This document shows, piece after piece, positions 48,401 through 62,788 of a stretch of 64,000 bases of DNA. Position numbers and translations under genes: made by a program. Each line of letters begins with the position of its first letter. The stretch's first letter is position 1. Location of the stretch: the NCBI GenBank assembly GCA_010405405.1, contig MU004237.1:1809345-1873344 (forward strand), read 5' to 3'. This stretch comes from Microthyrium microscopicum. Its lineage: Eukaryota. Below the pieces are notes generated by a model. That model saw only the letters and a list, made by a program, of their open reading frames with translations, was not told the DNA's origin and made no database searches.

Positions 48401-51014
48401 CCATCTCGTACCATTGGTGTCTTGTCATCACCGAGTGCAGAGCGAGGAAGTTTGCCTTGCTTGCCGCTGAAATCGGTGATCAACTTCAAGCCTGCCGATC
48501 GAGGTGCGACTCGCTTTGGTAGTGGTCCAAGGGAAGACGATGGGCTACTGCTGTCCGCCGGACTCATTCCTGGACCCATATATTGCATCTGCGCCTCATA
48601 TACAGCATCTTTGGCAGCAGGTGAGAACCACTTTTCGCTCGACTCCACACTTGTGCATGCAAAGCATCGTACAGCTAGCTCTGGTTGTTTCTGCTCAATA
48701 GATTGCTCGCCCCAAAGTCGAACAAGATGGGATTGTCGTTGCCAATCATGTGGAGTCATCAGACAGCACAGAAGAACGGCTTCAACATACAGCTTGTTGG
48801 ACACGTAGATTTCGATCGCCTCATGGATTTCGCCGAGCCCAAGAAGGATAGCAACAGCCGGATGTAAATCGCCTTTCTCAAGAAGTCTCTGAACAAACGC
48901 GTCACCGACCTTCTTCTGCGCATCGCCACCTACAGCACTCAGTGCGAGCAACATCCAATCAGAAGAAGTCATCGACTCTGATCCAACCATGGATGCCGCG
49001 AGATCAGCACCAAGATCGCCGAGCCATTTTGCTAAGAGAACAGCACAGGATGAATTGGGCTCGTGAAGCGACATCTCCTCGCGAATGAGCTCTTGAACGT
49101 CTCCATCCCAACCAAACACAGTTTTGAACATCTCCTGTCGCAGCATTTCTGGTGTGCGTGGTCCATCTGGATATCGTGGTGGCCGGAAAGGAATGTCAGA
49201 TAGCCGCGCCTTGACGTGAGGAAACAAATCGGCAGGTCCAGAAGGTTTGACTTCCTGTGGACTGCGAAGAACTTCTTGCCGTAGCTTCGATGTCCGCGAT
49301 TTGCGCGTACTACTGGCTACAGAAGATGTCGATGAAAACACCGTTGTGCCACCACTTCTCGTCGATTGCATTCCAGGAGATTGTGGTCGCAGTCTTGAAC
49401 TCGAAGCACGCTCATATCGATTAGGATAAACCGGCTTTTGCTTTTCCCGGTTACGATCAGAAGCGCGATCAGAATTCCGGGAAATGTTGGACGATCGACT
49501 CGATACCGGGCTCAATGGGCCAACCATGTCCCTCTCTTCCTGCTCCTCTTCCGATTGCTCACTCGCTGATTCATCGTTCGCAATTCGCTGCAGTGGCGAC
49601 ATCAGTCCATATCCTTCACCTCCTTCACTGCTAGCAGCATCCATATACAATGGCAGATTATTACTACTCCTTTGCTCCGCAGGCGGTTGATTTATCGGCG
49701 GCATCCGCATATGATCCGTATCCGTCATCGGCGGGCTCGGCGGCAACGTTGACGGAACATGCTGTACATTTCGCACCAACATCGGCGTCCCATTTGGATT
49801 TAAATCATACTGCTGCACCGTATGATTTCTACCAATCGTAAACAGCACCGCTTGTGGTCCGTAGTTTGCGATTCCAACCACACCCTCGATCGTCGGTACG
49901 GATTCGTATGTCACCTTCTTCGTCCTTACATCCCAAGCAAGTGTTTGACTATTGAACAACGCATTAGGTTGAGCTCTCTAAAATTAGGCCGTAGACGCGC
50001 GATGGTTACACAACATGGCGCGCCTAAAGACAGACTGCAAGGGGCGGAATATATTATTTGGACAACTCACCTGTCGATAAATTGTACGATTCGGCCATTC
50101 TTTGACCAGGCGAACCAGCAAGGCCCTGCTGTACGTTCCATGCCGCCTTGCTGAAAGTTTCGGATTACGGATGGTGGTTCACCATTGGCGGACTTGGGTA
50201 TGCTCCAGACGCGAAGGTCGCCATCCATGGTTTGGGATGCTAACATGTCGGATTTTGATTTTGAAGATGAGCCGTGCCAGGCGAGTTCGTTGATTGGAGA
50301 GGGATGCCGTTGGGTGCTGAGAGTGTGGATCATGGTGAAAGTTGGATGGAGGGCGGCGATGAGGATGGAACCATTAGCGTAGCCTATTGCGAAAGTTCGG
50401 CAATCTGTTGAAGGTGCTAATGCTGTGATGGGGTCGTATATTGTTTTTCTAGAGAGATGTTCTTTTGTTGTTGGGTCGAACAATATGATATTGCCCTGCT
50501 CGTTTCCTAAAAGTTGTTAGTAAAAAGTCTCTGTATGATGAACTTTACTAGACGTACCAAAAGCGATTTCTCCATTCTTCATCCACGATGCAACCCTTAT
50601 TTCTTCATAAGAAGCAAAACGCGCCAACTCTTCTCCGCCTATTACATCCCACACGATCGCCGTTTGACTTGCATCGTAACTGACAGTCAGTCTCCCAGCT
50701 CCTCTATCACTAACATTATCGACCTTGATCCAGCGCACATCCTCCCGATGTCTTTCGAACCTCCGATCGATATCCAGGGTATCATGATGTAAGCACAGAA
50801 TGACATTGAGCTGCGCATATAAAAAATATGAAGCCGTCGCCGCACAAGCTTCAAACATTGAATCATTTGAAGGCGTTAAAGTCGGCCCTGCCATGGCGCC
50901 ATAACTACCTGAAGCTGCACTTGGTCCGCGAGGTCGATCGGAACGGTTGCCTTGACTTTGTCGCGACTGGCGCGAATTTACAGAGTTGGAACGTTGGCGC
51001 CCGTAGTGTGACAT
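45472..51014 (-). CDS. Large WD40-repeat protein with a Gemin5-like helical/TPR region and a long disordered tail; introns 50507-50557, 49949-50070
   Basis: AIVWD, LRVWS, LAWD WD repeats; DWMLLAL..QRLLEKGD.HPAVAILLGLGE..EAIEIY region; introns join three ORFs in phase. Confidence 0.88.
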
Positions 51015-54000
51015 GTTGGTGGTAGTGCTCCCTCAATGGGAATTTGCAGACTTGTTGGACTCGAGTCCGTGTCCACGGGGGGTAGATGGGATAACCGCAC
51101 GATTGCGGGAAGAAGATGGGTTGAAACCAGCGGCGAGGTTGGTTGCAGGAAAACACAATGCGATCAGCTTTTTACGAAAGTGCAAGTGGTTATGGCTTTT
51201 GTGAAATCAGGTCCTGCAGCGCGACGCTGGGAGGGGTTACGCCGCGTTCAGTACCGGACGGAGTATTAAACAACGGCGCAGAGCATTGGGTTGGATGTTT
51301 CTTTTTGTTGGACTGCTTTCCCTGGGTGCGGCAGCCTTCTGATGCAATACAACAGGACCGGGTAATACTGCTGCAGGATCAGTACCCGTTGTAGATGCAG
51401 AGATGGGCTCTGTCGAAAAGCTGGAGGAATCAAGAGCGATTGTGGCTGGGAAGAACGTGTAGAGAAACGAGAGATCCCTGCTTGATCCAACTGCAGGGCG
51501 TTTCGGTCGGGTATCGATTAAGGCGAATAGGTGGGATGGAAAAGAATGCAAAAGAGGAAGAATAGGTGTACGAAAGGAGAAATGGGAACACGGCGGCTAG
51601 AGGTAACAGCAAGATTGAACAAGTTGAGAGTAAAGAAAGAGAATTGTTGGTGCTGAGCAACAAAATGGAGACAGTTGGGTGGAATCACAGCACGGCGCTT
51701 AATAGTGGTGACCAGTTGGAGCAGCAATCCGATTCGACCAACGAGGGGTGACAAGACAAGAACACAGCGAATGAAGCGGTAACTAAATGCACTCGACTTG
51801 CAAAAACGACTGGGGACGTGCTGACGGATCCAGGAACTGCAGAATAGTACAAATGAACTGCAGATATGATGTTGTATTAAGCCTCGAGGGTCGAGTTGGT
51901 GAGAGTTGAGAGACTCGAGAGGGCAGGAGATGTAGGTAGTGGAGAGAGTGGCAGCATGGGTTGGTTTTGAACGATTTCCAAATGCTTGACGGGCCGCACC
52001 AGCTACACGGACAAGTTCATTTTTACTTGACGAACCAAGAGCATTTGTTCTGGGTTGATGGACAAGCTTAGCAGCAAGAAAAGAGCTGCAATGCTGTTTG
52101 TGTGCGTACTGCACGGCCAAAGCCACGGTGCAAAGATGCAGACTGCCTCAACAATTTGCAGCCAGGAAGCCTGCAAATCCCATGATGGATAATCGATGGC
52201 ATACAATCCACCAACAAGAGCATCAGAATGACAGCCGCGGTTGATAGAAGCTCAGCGAGACCCGATGGTGGCCGAGCGAGGCGTATAGTCTAAAGGATGA
52301 CTTGCCGTGAGTTGCGGAGGCGATTGCGACGGCTTCTTCTTCTTTGACGAAGCATTTCATGATTCTCTCTCCAGACTTGGATTCTGCTTCAACGGGAGTC
52401 TGTGCAGCTCGACTCGTGCCGTATGTTGCAGACCCAATCACAGCCCGCAGACATGGAATTGCTAGGATGTACTCCCAGACCACTTGCAAATCCACACTGC
52501 CCGCCAACTGAGAGAGTGACCAAACACAGCGACAGCCTCACTCCGCCAGGGTCCTCGCCGTGTTGGTCCAAGGGCCTTGTTACAACTGTTGCTGCCAATG
52601 GCCAAAGAGAACCTCCAACATCAAAAACGACTTCAACTGGATGCTGACCATTGCTCTCCTTTTTGACAAAGATTGCAAAGAAGATCAAGTGAAGTTAGGA
52701 TTGACCACGAGGCCGCTATCGACGGACACGACGGGCCAGTCATCCGTCCCATAATAATTCCATTGACCAATTCAATCTCGGGCCCCGCTTGTGCACCGTT
52801 AATTCCCAATACCGTATCTCTCCAACGACTTTGACATTTGTACCAAACTTCAACAACTTACTCAAGCTACTACTAGTACCCAGTACACATCTCAGCGTTC
52901 CCACACGACAACAAGTCACGAACCGTTATTCAGAAATAGACCTGTCGGAGAAAACTACACCTCACCTCCAACGTCCAACTAGTCCACAGACAGGTCCGCG
53001 GCCCTGCCGATCATCCTTTGGGCCTGACTAATTCACTAGCCTCCCCCATTCTTTATCCTCCATCTGCATCTTTCTGCGTACCAAACATGTACCAAGTAAA
53101 CTTATCCAACATCCAACTCGGGCGAAGCCGCATGTCAATAATACAACCATTATTGTGCAGTTGCACAGAGAATAACCCGGTCCACGGGGCTAAATTCTCA
53201 AAATCCTCCCAATCTCCACGGACCACTTACTCATTGCAGACAAACACCATCACACAATCCTCCCCAAATAGGCAGTCCAGCAACTTCCGCTGACTCTGTC
53301 TTGCTCTGGTAGTCTGTACTACAATGCTGTACCTTCAATGACCAGTCCATTGGATATCCCACCATGTACCATCCACATGCCCTCCATACTCCAAACCTCG
53401 CTTCAATGCTGCTGAGGGGCAATCAGCGCACAAGAAACAACATCCCCCCATCATCACGAAATTTTAGAAGACCCCTTCCAAAAGCAAACAATCCCTACCT
53501 AGCTGCCAGATATCCCTTCGTCCCGTAAGATCTCACATACATACCTACATACTTGTTGACCTTCCCGCTGAGCCCTTACGACTCCTTGCAAGTAGCCAGG
53601 GATCCTTGGGCCTGTCCTGTTCGTTCCCAACGGTTTGGAATTTTCTCTTCAGGTTTTGGTCGAGTCACTCGCGGAGTACCTATCTAAACTGCGTATTCTC
53701 TTGTACTTGCCCCATCTTCCAAGTACAGATGGTCAAGGAAAAGATAGGAGGGAAACTCCTCTTACTAGAAAATTGATAGTACTTTGTCTAGCTCAGTGAT
53801 GGCGTGGACTAGCAGTTTTTGTCGGCTCTGTAAGAACTAAGTAATAAGGATAGTGTCAAAGTGCTGGGATCAAGTGAATCAATGTCATACATGAGCTTCA
53901 GCCAATGAGAGGGAGGGAAATGCTTGATTGGCTATTTTTACTTGGTTGATTTTCGTGGGTATATAATCTAGGGGGCGGTTTGGTGTTCTCCTATAATTTG

Positions 54001-57000
54001 AGGTGTATCAATGATTGTCAGGTGGAGTTGAAGTCAATTTAGGCTTGAGACAGTTTGTGGTAGATGGTCTGGATTGGAGAGAGACATGTCTTTTGTCTTT
54101 CAGCTCTGGAAATGACTTGCAATGCGATTACATTCGAATTGTCGGGCAGAAGTCTACTTTATCTTATTATATCACGGTAGGAGAAATATTGGATGATGAT
54201 TCCCACGACTGAAAGAGAAGAAACGGATAGATTAAGAGGTAGATTTTGGCGTGTCTATCTGGGTCCAAAGGGAACTATTCAAGAACTCCAGCTTGCGATT
54301 TTCAGACTCTAGCTTACCATGGCCGATACTTAGACTGCGAATTGCGGAACCTCTCTTGTAGCAGAGCACTCTTCTCAAGTAGTGAAAGCAACTCGGAGAC
54401 CCGGCTCTCATGTTCGTGTCGCTGGGACTCGAGAGGAGCTAAATGGCCAGTGAGTACTTCATCCACATCCCCTTCTAACGCTGGTGTACTGATACCTTGG
54501 CCACCCGAAGGAGATGTTTGCTGTATCTGATGGGCGCGATGTGCCTTGTCCTAAATCGGATCAGGCTGAGATATTCACGAGATCTGGAAGAAATCCTATC
54601 AAGCAACTACTTAGAGCCTTTCCGCCAACAGTGGAAGAGCTGATGTATTGGGTATTGGCAACCAGTATGAGGCTCGATGCATTGCAGTTAGAGTCCTTAT
54701 GTCGATAACAAATATGGCAGAACAGTGCGCGCAAAGAGAATAGACACTTCCCAGATCATGTTTACATGGCAGCTTTTCCATCTTTCAGGAGCTTGGGAAA
54801 TGTAAATCGTCACTCAAGACATTGATGCCAGTTTCTCGGAGTACTTATCGATTGCCATGATACACTAGTCTAGGGTTGTAATCCACTGAATGTCCGTCAG
54901 TCGGATTGCTCTCCTAGACGTCAAGACAGTAAAAAAGCAAAACATTGTTAGTTATCGACAGAGCAGATCAAAGATGGGGTGTCATCGACAATGTGTTCTC
55001 TTCACGCGGAATCCGGAGGGCAAATCATCCACGCGTGGTATGTCATAGTGGGAAACTGGAACCACGATGTTCAAATATCAAGAGTAGGGAATTTGTGTCT
55101 TAGGAGTGGCAGGTAAAGTATCAGTACTAGTACAGGTATGCAATATATGCTGTCTCTCCTTTAAGTAACTGCTATGTACGCACATCTCATTTTTATCGTC
55201 TCAAGCCAAGAATCTTTCAAAATCCGGTTCAGATGCGGTATCATGAAAATGGATTTCACCAATTGCCTTCTTTTGGACGTCATCAAGACGACTAGTTATA
55301 GACTCGATTGAGAAATGTGTCTCCGTGAACTTTGACGAATGATATCCTACTTAAAATGAAATAAGCGAAAATACTGATTCTTAGGTAGACAGTCAGTCAA
55401 CGTTCAGAAATTTGACAAACAGTTCAAATACACAGTCTCGCCATCTTGTTGAACTCTCGGCGGAATTAAAGAGGCTGGACTTTAAGGAGCTCTGACAATG
55501 GAATTGTATTTCTTAAGATAATAACTAGTGTTCAGTATAAAAATAATACATATCTCGCAAACATCTATTGATTTTTATATTCAGCTTTTATCACAACTTG
55601 TCCAACACATTTATTGTTTTCCGTTGTGCAGTAAAACCTCTCAAATTTTATGATTATCAAAATTCAACCTTGCAGCATATATACACACAATCCGCAATAT
55701 TTTTCTGTCTACTAACAAAACAGGTGGCCCCGTCTGTCAAAGATCATGTTGTTGAACTCAGATTCCTTCTCATCTTACTAAGTCAGATTGAGGGCCAGAC
55801 TAAGAAAGTCCCAACAGATAGTGATTACACTAGTCTTAGACGGGCAAAGTAAAATTATGTAAGTCTGTCTGGGCCAGCAGTAATTTTCGTACCTGCCTGA
55901 TCTACAATTCCCGTTGTAGGTTAGGCAGGGAGCTTTTTGCTGGGCAGGTGTTCGATTTCGGTAGAGGTCTTTTCTTGTTTTGTTATTTTTTTGGGTTTGA
56001 TGAATTGCAAGGTGTTAGTTTGCATTGAATTGGTGTTTATTTTATTTTTTGAGATGTTGTGGAGGAGGTAGTGGAATTATTTGTGTGCCGGAAGGTTTTG
56101 ATATTGACTTATTATCTGAGAAAACTTTAAACACTGCGTGTTATTTCAAGCAACCCCGAAATGATCTTTGAAAGGTTTTTGAGTGTGGAAACATAATCGT
56201 AGTATATGAAAGTTGTCTAGATATCATAATTATTAAGTCTGATGAAGCTTCTACTTTTAAATATAATGATGTTCGGTGACTTACACTATGAAGTTGCCCA
56301 CATAAGCACCTTTGATTGTTTGAACGCTCAGCCTGATTCAGTTCATTTTCCAAAAATCGAAAGCTTCTAAATCATCACGCATTGCATTGCTTTAAGCATC
56401 TAGGTAGCGCTCCTAATCACACTATGTATGTAGGTAGTATATGTAGTCGATAATGCCGGGCAAGCTTCCCACGCACCTTGATACAAGGCTTTCACAACAG
56501 ACAGTGCCGGATGGAGTCTATTTTGAGTCATCATTTGACCGAGTAATGCAGCAAACGCATCCAGAATACCCTCCTTTTAATAGGTGTTGGAAGTAGACGT
56601 CCACATACCTTTATGATTAGTACTGGGGTCGTAATTGGATGCCTCCATTATGCACCTGTCAGCGGTCGGCGCCTTCCCTCTAATTATTCACCAATAACGG
56701 CAAGATTATACGCGACCTGTGGTTTTTCAGCCCCAAACATATGTGCAGGGCAGCAAAAATGGACAGCGAACATGTGGGAAGACCAGCCACCCTTAAAGGT
56801 CGTCCGACTGCTTTGCTGTGGAAATTTCCAAGGCTGCCAGACCGCAAACAGTCACTCGATTAAGCATCAATATTTACTATCAACTTCACCCTCCTATTAT
56901 TGTATCAAGCTCACCATTTGCTCTGGTGATTGCGGGCGGTTCAATCTCGAAAGCACTCAAGAAGTCATTCTCGTCATCATTGATTATCTAGCCTTGCCTC

Positions 57001-57136
57001 CACTGCTCCAGGTGGGCGACAAAAGATTTGCATGTTCCAATCTGTACATATGTAAGTATTTACGTGTCATGGTAGTCATTTATTGTTTTATTGAATTCTT
57101 GATAGCGACAGATAGGCACACTGGGTTTACAACACC

Positions 57137-60105
57137 ATGGAACCATCCGACATAATAGCCGAGGAATCACAGCTTGGAATTTCGCCGCCTAATAGATCCG
57201 ATCTCGATGATTTCGAACGGTATATAAAAAGCGGTTCAATTGAAGGCGCGAAAAAATGTCTTGATTCAATTCGGGCGCGTGGCGGGAATGTCAACACCCC
57301 ATTGAGTACGATAGGAGACACATTGCTGTGGTGGGCAGCATTTAGAGATAATACGGACACAATGCAGTATTTGCTTCAGCAAGATGATGCTGATGTCAAC
57401 GCACGCGACGACACGAGGCAAACTCCATTGATGGTGGCTGCTAAACTTGGAAATAACAATGCGATGAATTTCCTCCTGGATAGAAGCGATATCGAAATCG
57501 ACTGGCAGGACTCCTTGGGCGAAACTGCACTAATGCGCGCAGTGGAATACGCAGAGATTGAAACAACAAAACTCTTACTACAATATGGCGCACTTCGTAG
57601 CCCACGAAATTGGGAGGGCCTGACAGCAATTGGACTGATGCTGAAAAACAAATCGGAAGCCGGGTCGCGGGCGGAATTCGAAAGTGAAGCGGGCTGGACA
57701 GATTCTCACTATGAAAGATATCCAGAGATCCGAAAGATAATGACAGAAATACCTGGTTCGCCACTACCCCCTTCGAGACTGCAGGGGAATGTTACAATGG
57801 ATTTGAAATTGGATCGAGCTTTCTATATACATTCTGTAGCGCCCAACGTGCTAGGGATCAACCACTGGTCTAGCCTATTAGTCCTACAACCTGACATGAA
57901 ACTTATATATGATAAGTCAAGGTACAATCCGAACGAGTTCTCAGAACAAAAGACCCAGAGTGGTCATTGGAAATGGATTCATGTTCCAGCTAACAACGTA
58001 AGTCTTGTGCCGCCCGAGAAACTCTTACTGACCCGAAATTAGATCCTTTGGGCGAAAGTTAGTAGCAAGAAAGGATCCAAGTATTTGTCTTGCAACTAAC
58101 ATTTTAATGCAGTGGGTGGCAGAGTCTTTGACCGCAGCACATGCTGAAATTGTAAATAACGATACCAACATGATAGCCGAGATTGATGCAGCTGTTACTG
58201 AGGTCAATAAATCTAGATGTGCTCGTCAGTTCCATTGGAAGACATTCAAGAGTGACAAGGGAACTTACGATTGTTGTTCGATAGTGGTAGGTTATGGGAA
58301 CGTCGTTCTCTCTTTCCGTTTTGGCAGATAGTGATATCATGATATGGGGCTGACTTATCGTATAGCTGCCATATCTCTCGACAGAGTCCGAAGACTTCCT
58401 TGAATATGCAAGAAGCTCCGATGCACCCCAAGGCGCCGCAAAAGTAGACGAGCTCGTCAAAAACCAGCCAATTCGATTCAAAGACCTTGACAGAAGAGCT
58501 AAGATTGCCGAAGCGAATGGCGCTCCATTGGGAGTAAAATCATTTTCGCAGGGAACCAGGATGAATCGTTACATGCACAATCCACAAACACTGGATCGAT
58601 TTGAGTCTTCAGTCCCTGGCGGCGTAGATGAACGCGACGCAGATCAAGTACTCTACCGGTTCACTAACGATCAAAAAGCCACCGAAGTGCTACGGAATAA
58701 GGATTCCAGTCCTCACCTATTAACGGTAGGCCAGCTATGGCTCTGGAAGATTAACAGTAAGTCCCAGAAGCGGATCGCAGCGGACCGTCTGACCTAACAT
58801 TCACCTAGATATAGTGATTACAGCTTTTCCAAAACCTTGGTCAATTCAAAGTGAAGATACATTACGCCTACGAGTAGAAACCGCTTGTAAACATGGGCTC
58901 ATCAAACAATCCAAGGATCTCGTAGATGTATTAACAAGTATGTGCTTAAAGCTACCGGATGAACCTGGAAGCTGGGGTCTTCCTTCTGAAGAGAGCTGGA
59001 TAACAATTTTCGAGAAGAGTATTCAGAAAGCAGTGAGTAATACCCGAGCTCGTTACCGTCATGTCGACGCTGACCAGAGAGTAGAGATTTGAAGAAGAAG
59101 AACACTTAAGAAAGTTGGGTAAGTGAGCTATGTCAGGAATTTGCATGAAGGTCTAACGACGATTATCAAAGGTGCGGATTTAAAGGCAAAAGACTCGGAA
59201 ACACTTTATAACATTGCGAGTGAGGTCGAAGCGCTCCGAAAGGCCAAGGACATCAGCGACGAGTTGCGACTAATTGGCCGCGTCTATGAGATTCAAAAAC
59301 TCGTCATCCAGGCGAAGCACGCCTCGCTGCAGGAGCCAGATGAGGCAAGTGTGCAGAGAGTAGAGCTTCTAAAACGACAGAGAGAGAAGCTCAATAGCCT
59401 AAAAGCAGATGCTGCCGCAGTTGAACGTCGTGTGAGTACTATAAGAACCGCATCAAGTTACCTCAAGCTCATTATTCGCAGTGGAACCAGCTTTTAGATC
59501 TCAAGCAAAAGCAAGGTAGCTTGGAGCAAGTGCGACAATCGGTTATACATGCTAAAGAACTGGCCATACAAAACGAGGAACTCGTCAAGCAGACAAAGCA
59601 TTCGGCCGAGCAGGCTGATTTCTTAGCGGCTCTCGGGGTCAAGGCGGATGAGAGAAATTTGGAGAACGAGAGACAGTCAGCTTATTTGTTTGTATTCACA
59701 ATCATTACCATTATATTTGTGAGTATATCGGCCAGGATATCAAGGGATACTCTAACACAACTTCCAGGCGCCTTTGAACTTTGTCGCTGCGTTCTTTGCC
59801 ATTCCTAGTACAGACTTCCCTCAAATGGGCTCTGGTAGCGACCAGAAGGTGAACTGGGACACAGGAAGGATTATAGGAGGTCTTGGTACGTTTTGGATCC
59901 TGTTCAGGATTCCACAAAACCGAGATAAACTGACTGACATCGCACTATAGTAGCATCATTGATTATCACCTTTGCGCTCATCGGTATATGGTACGCTGTC
60001 CTGCATTTCTATAGCCTAGTGTATGGAAAACGACGACAGGGAAAAAAGGCAGCTGGTGAAGCCAGTAAGAACATAGCAAAAGCAGATGGTCAGGAGCATG
60101 TATAA
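57137..60105 (+). CDS. Ankyrin-repeat protein with a C-terminal CorA-like two-TM domain, about 10 exons
   Basis: GDTLL, QTPLMVAA, GETALMRA ankyrins; WIHVPANN, VGQLWLW, KDISDEL..I, LLDLKQKQ, FVFTIITIIF|APLNFVAAFFAI; nine GT-AG introns traced in phase, including a 15-nt exon at 58043-58057. Confidence 0.85.
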
Positions 60106-61477
60106 AGACAGACAAGCTAAATCGGTCAATCAGTCTCCATTCCTACTCCTCATAGCGTGCCACGGGGTTTGAAGGAAATACCTCTAGGCACTGGCTTCAG
60201 AGGAAAGAACCTCTACACGATACTGAAAGCACTTTCCTAGACATTGCTACAATGCCTATATTTTGAATTATATCAAAGTTATGTCGACATCATGGCAATA
60301 TTATCGAAATCATGTTGCTATTATAATATCGAGCCGGTACCTAGTACGTATTTCCTATACCCCTCGATCTACCCCATGGTAGGTACTTAGGTTGGTAGAC
60401 ACGAAGAGATGGTTTTCGTAGGTTTAATGAAACGATGAGATACATATAGCCTTTAAGAAAATCCTTGAGCTAGCATGATTACTATTGCTTCAGCGATGAA
60501 TACACCCAAACCTAGCATGTGATTGCTCTTAGACCCTCTCTACCTATATTCTTCTCGGTGTTTAGGTATGAGCTAAATTGGCTAATCAACAGCCTAGATT
60601 TGATATGTCTTTGGGACCAACCAAGGCTAGCATCGATCGTCCAAAGAACATAAAATATTCTTTGAGCATGTTTGGATAACAAGACCATAGAAAGACCTCA
60701 AAAGGTGAAGGGGAGGGAGGTTCTAGGTGCAACCACATTGTAGGTTTGGATGTAAGGAAAATCATTCGAGTAAAGAAGAGAAGATGTGTTACAGTGAAGT
60801 ATATTCAAGGGAATCAAAGGTTTGACAACTAGGTATGTACCTTTCAGCTCAGTTTAAACCCTTATTCTAACCTCCAGCAGGCATACTTGTTGTGTTGATA
60901 ATATAATTTTCCGAGTTCAGTTCTAGGCAAGACATAACCACCAGCTTTCATAGTCGTTGGCTCTCTGAAGCTTTAATCCTAGGTGGTCAATAATAACTTG
61001 AAGTTAGACTCCCTAGGTTTACATCTATGTTCTACATAGTATCTGCTACTTCGAGGTAAGTTATAAACAAAAATAGGAAGGCAAAAGCTCACAATAACAT
61101 GACTGTTTTAAAGCACCCCTTAGAATCTGCTATAATCCCCCGTAGGACTTTATAATCTCCTACATTGTGGAAGTAATATAGTAACTATAGCGACAAAATT
61201 TAGCCTACAAATAGAACAATGAAGTAGCTTCCTTACAATACATAGTTCATGAGGCTTTCAAGAAGTAAAAATTACTACTAATAAGATAACTTGTGCTTAA
61301 TATCTAATCTATAAGCTCGCGATATTCTGTCCTCTCTTTACCCGTAACTCTAAAGCTATTAAGCAAATATATTCTTCGTCTCCTCTGATGCCTAGAAAGA
61401 CAAAGAGCTTATTGGTTCGCTCAAGTAAAACTTAAGGTAAGGAAGCTAAGAATGAATGGGTGGTTGAGGCCGCGATA

Positions 61478-61623
61478 CCGAAAACTTCTGTTGAAAAGTA
61501 ACATGCTAGCGTGGTTTTTCTTGCAGGGGGCGCTGCTTATTTAGGGGATTCCCGCTATTGCTTAGGGACAAAACGTCGCTAGAAAACCACGCTAGCATGT
61601 TACTTTTCAACAGAAGTTTTCGG
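61478..61623. mobile_element. Tc1/mariner-type MITE, 146 bp, ~41-bp TIRs starting CCGAAA, TA TSD
   Basis: ccgaaaacttctgttgaaaagtaacatgctagcgtggtttt and its exact reverse complement ending at 61623; TA on both flanks. Confidence 0.92.
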
Positions 61624-62788
61624 TATGGGCACTTTGGACGAAGGGGATTTTAGTAGATACTTTGGTGTGATTTCAGCACCGGTCCAATAACATTAGAATC
61701 ATTATCACAACCACCATAATTAACACCCCAAACAGCACCTCCACCATCAAATCCATCCATGATTCCATGTGCACCAATACCCCCCCAAACAATCCCATCA
61801 CACCAGAAATCAATATCAAATTCCAAAATCCCCAAATTAGCAACACCCAAAAAGCCCCCATGATTGGCCACCCACCCGCGCCCCGTCCAAATCCCACACC
61901 AAAACCTAACCACTCAAATCCTCGCCTCGAACCAAAAGCACATCTACGGCCCCTGATTCGCCCAGTACACAGATTCCCCACACCAATCCCACAAAGCCAC
62001 CAACAACCCTCAGGACGAAAGAAGGAAGCGGAAAAGGAATCAAGGCCCGCCGCCCGTCTCCTGCAGAAGCGCCTCAAGTCCTTCAGATGCACAAGTAGAT
62101 GGAAATAGACATTGTAGGGAAAAGCTTCGTTATGGTGATGTTAATAATGTGATTCAAATGCTAAACTAAAAGTTCCACGACCGGTAAGGTTCTGTGGTAA
62201 AGTGCTATGCTAGGGGTATCATAATCGAAAATGTAATCAAAATGAACCGAAATCGGTAGTGCAAAATGCTGAAAGAACCGAAATGCTTCGGGGAATCTTT
62301 CCCAACCTCTATCCAAAAGAAAGCGCCACTGGAGGCGAAAACGCCACAGAATTTCCAGGGCTGTGGTTGTCCCACGCCTCAATTTTGCTTTTTGGCAAAG
62401 GGGTAGACCGGGGAAGTGTGTTCCCCGACCCGTGGGCAAGCCTAGGGACCGTTGGCTGGCCCGTAATCTTGCTTTGAGACAGGGCGTTTGGGGGTTGGCT
62501 GGTCGCTGGGAGGAGGTTTTGGTTGACGGGGAATAATTGGCGACGGTGGAGGGAGGGGACCGTGCTGAGATCCGGAGAGTTGGTATCACGATTGTGATGG
62601 AGAAGTTGTATGTGTGTGGCGAAGACGCGTTTGGTTTGGAAGGACGCGTTTTTCTTGTGGCAGTGTGATACTGCGAGGGATGTTGTTTGCCTCTGGTTGT
62701 GCTCTGGAAGTGAGTCACATGTGATTGTGGTTTGTGAATTGTGTGATGTATTTGGTAGAGTCGGCGACCAGCACCAGCTGGAAATCTT

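Noticed and set aside
54310..54530. Minus-strand coiled-coil-like reading frame (..HESRVSELLSLLEK..)
   Set aside because: No start or exon structure and no recognisable family
55730..55900. Short partial inverted matches (GGCC/CAGAC and GTCTG/GGCC)
   Set aside because: Too short and inconsistent to define TIRs or a TSD
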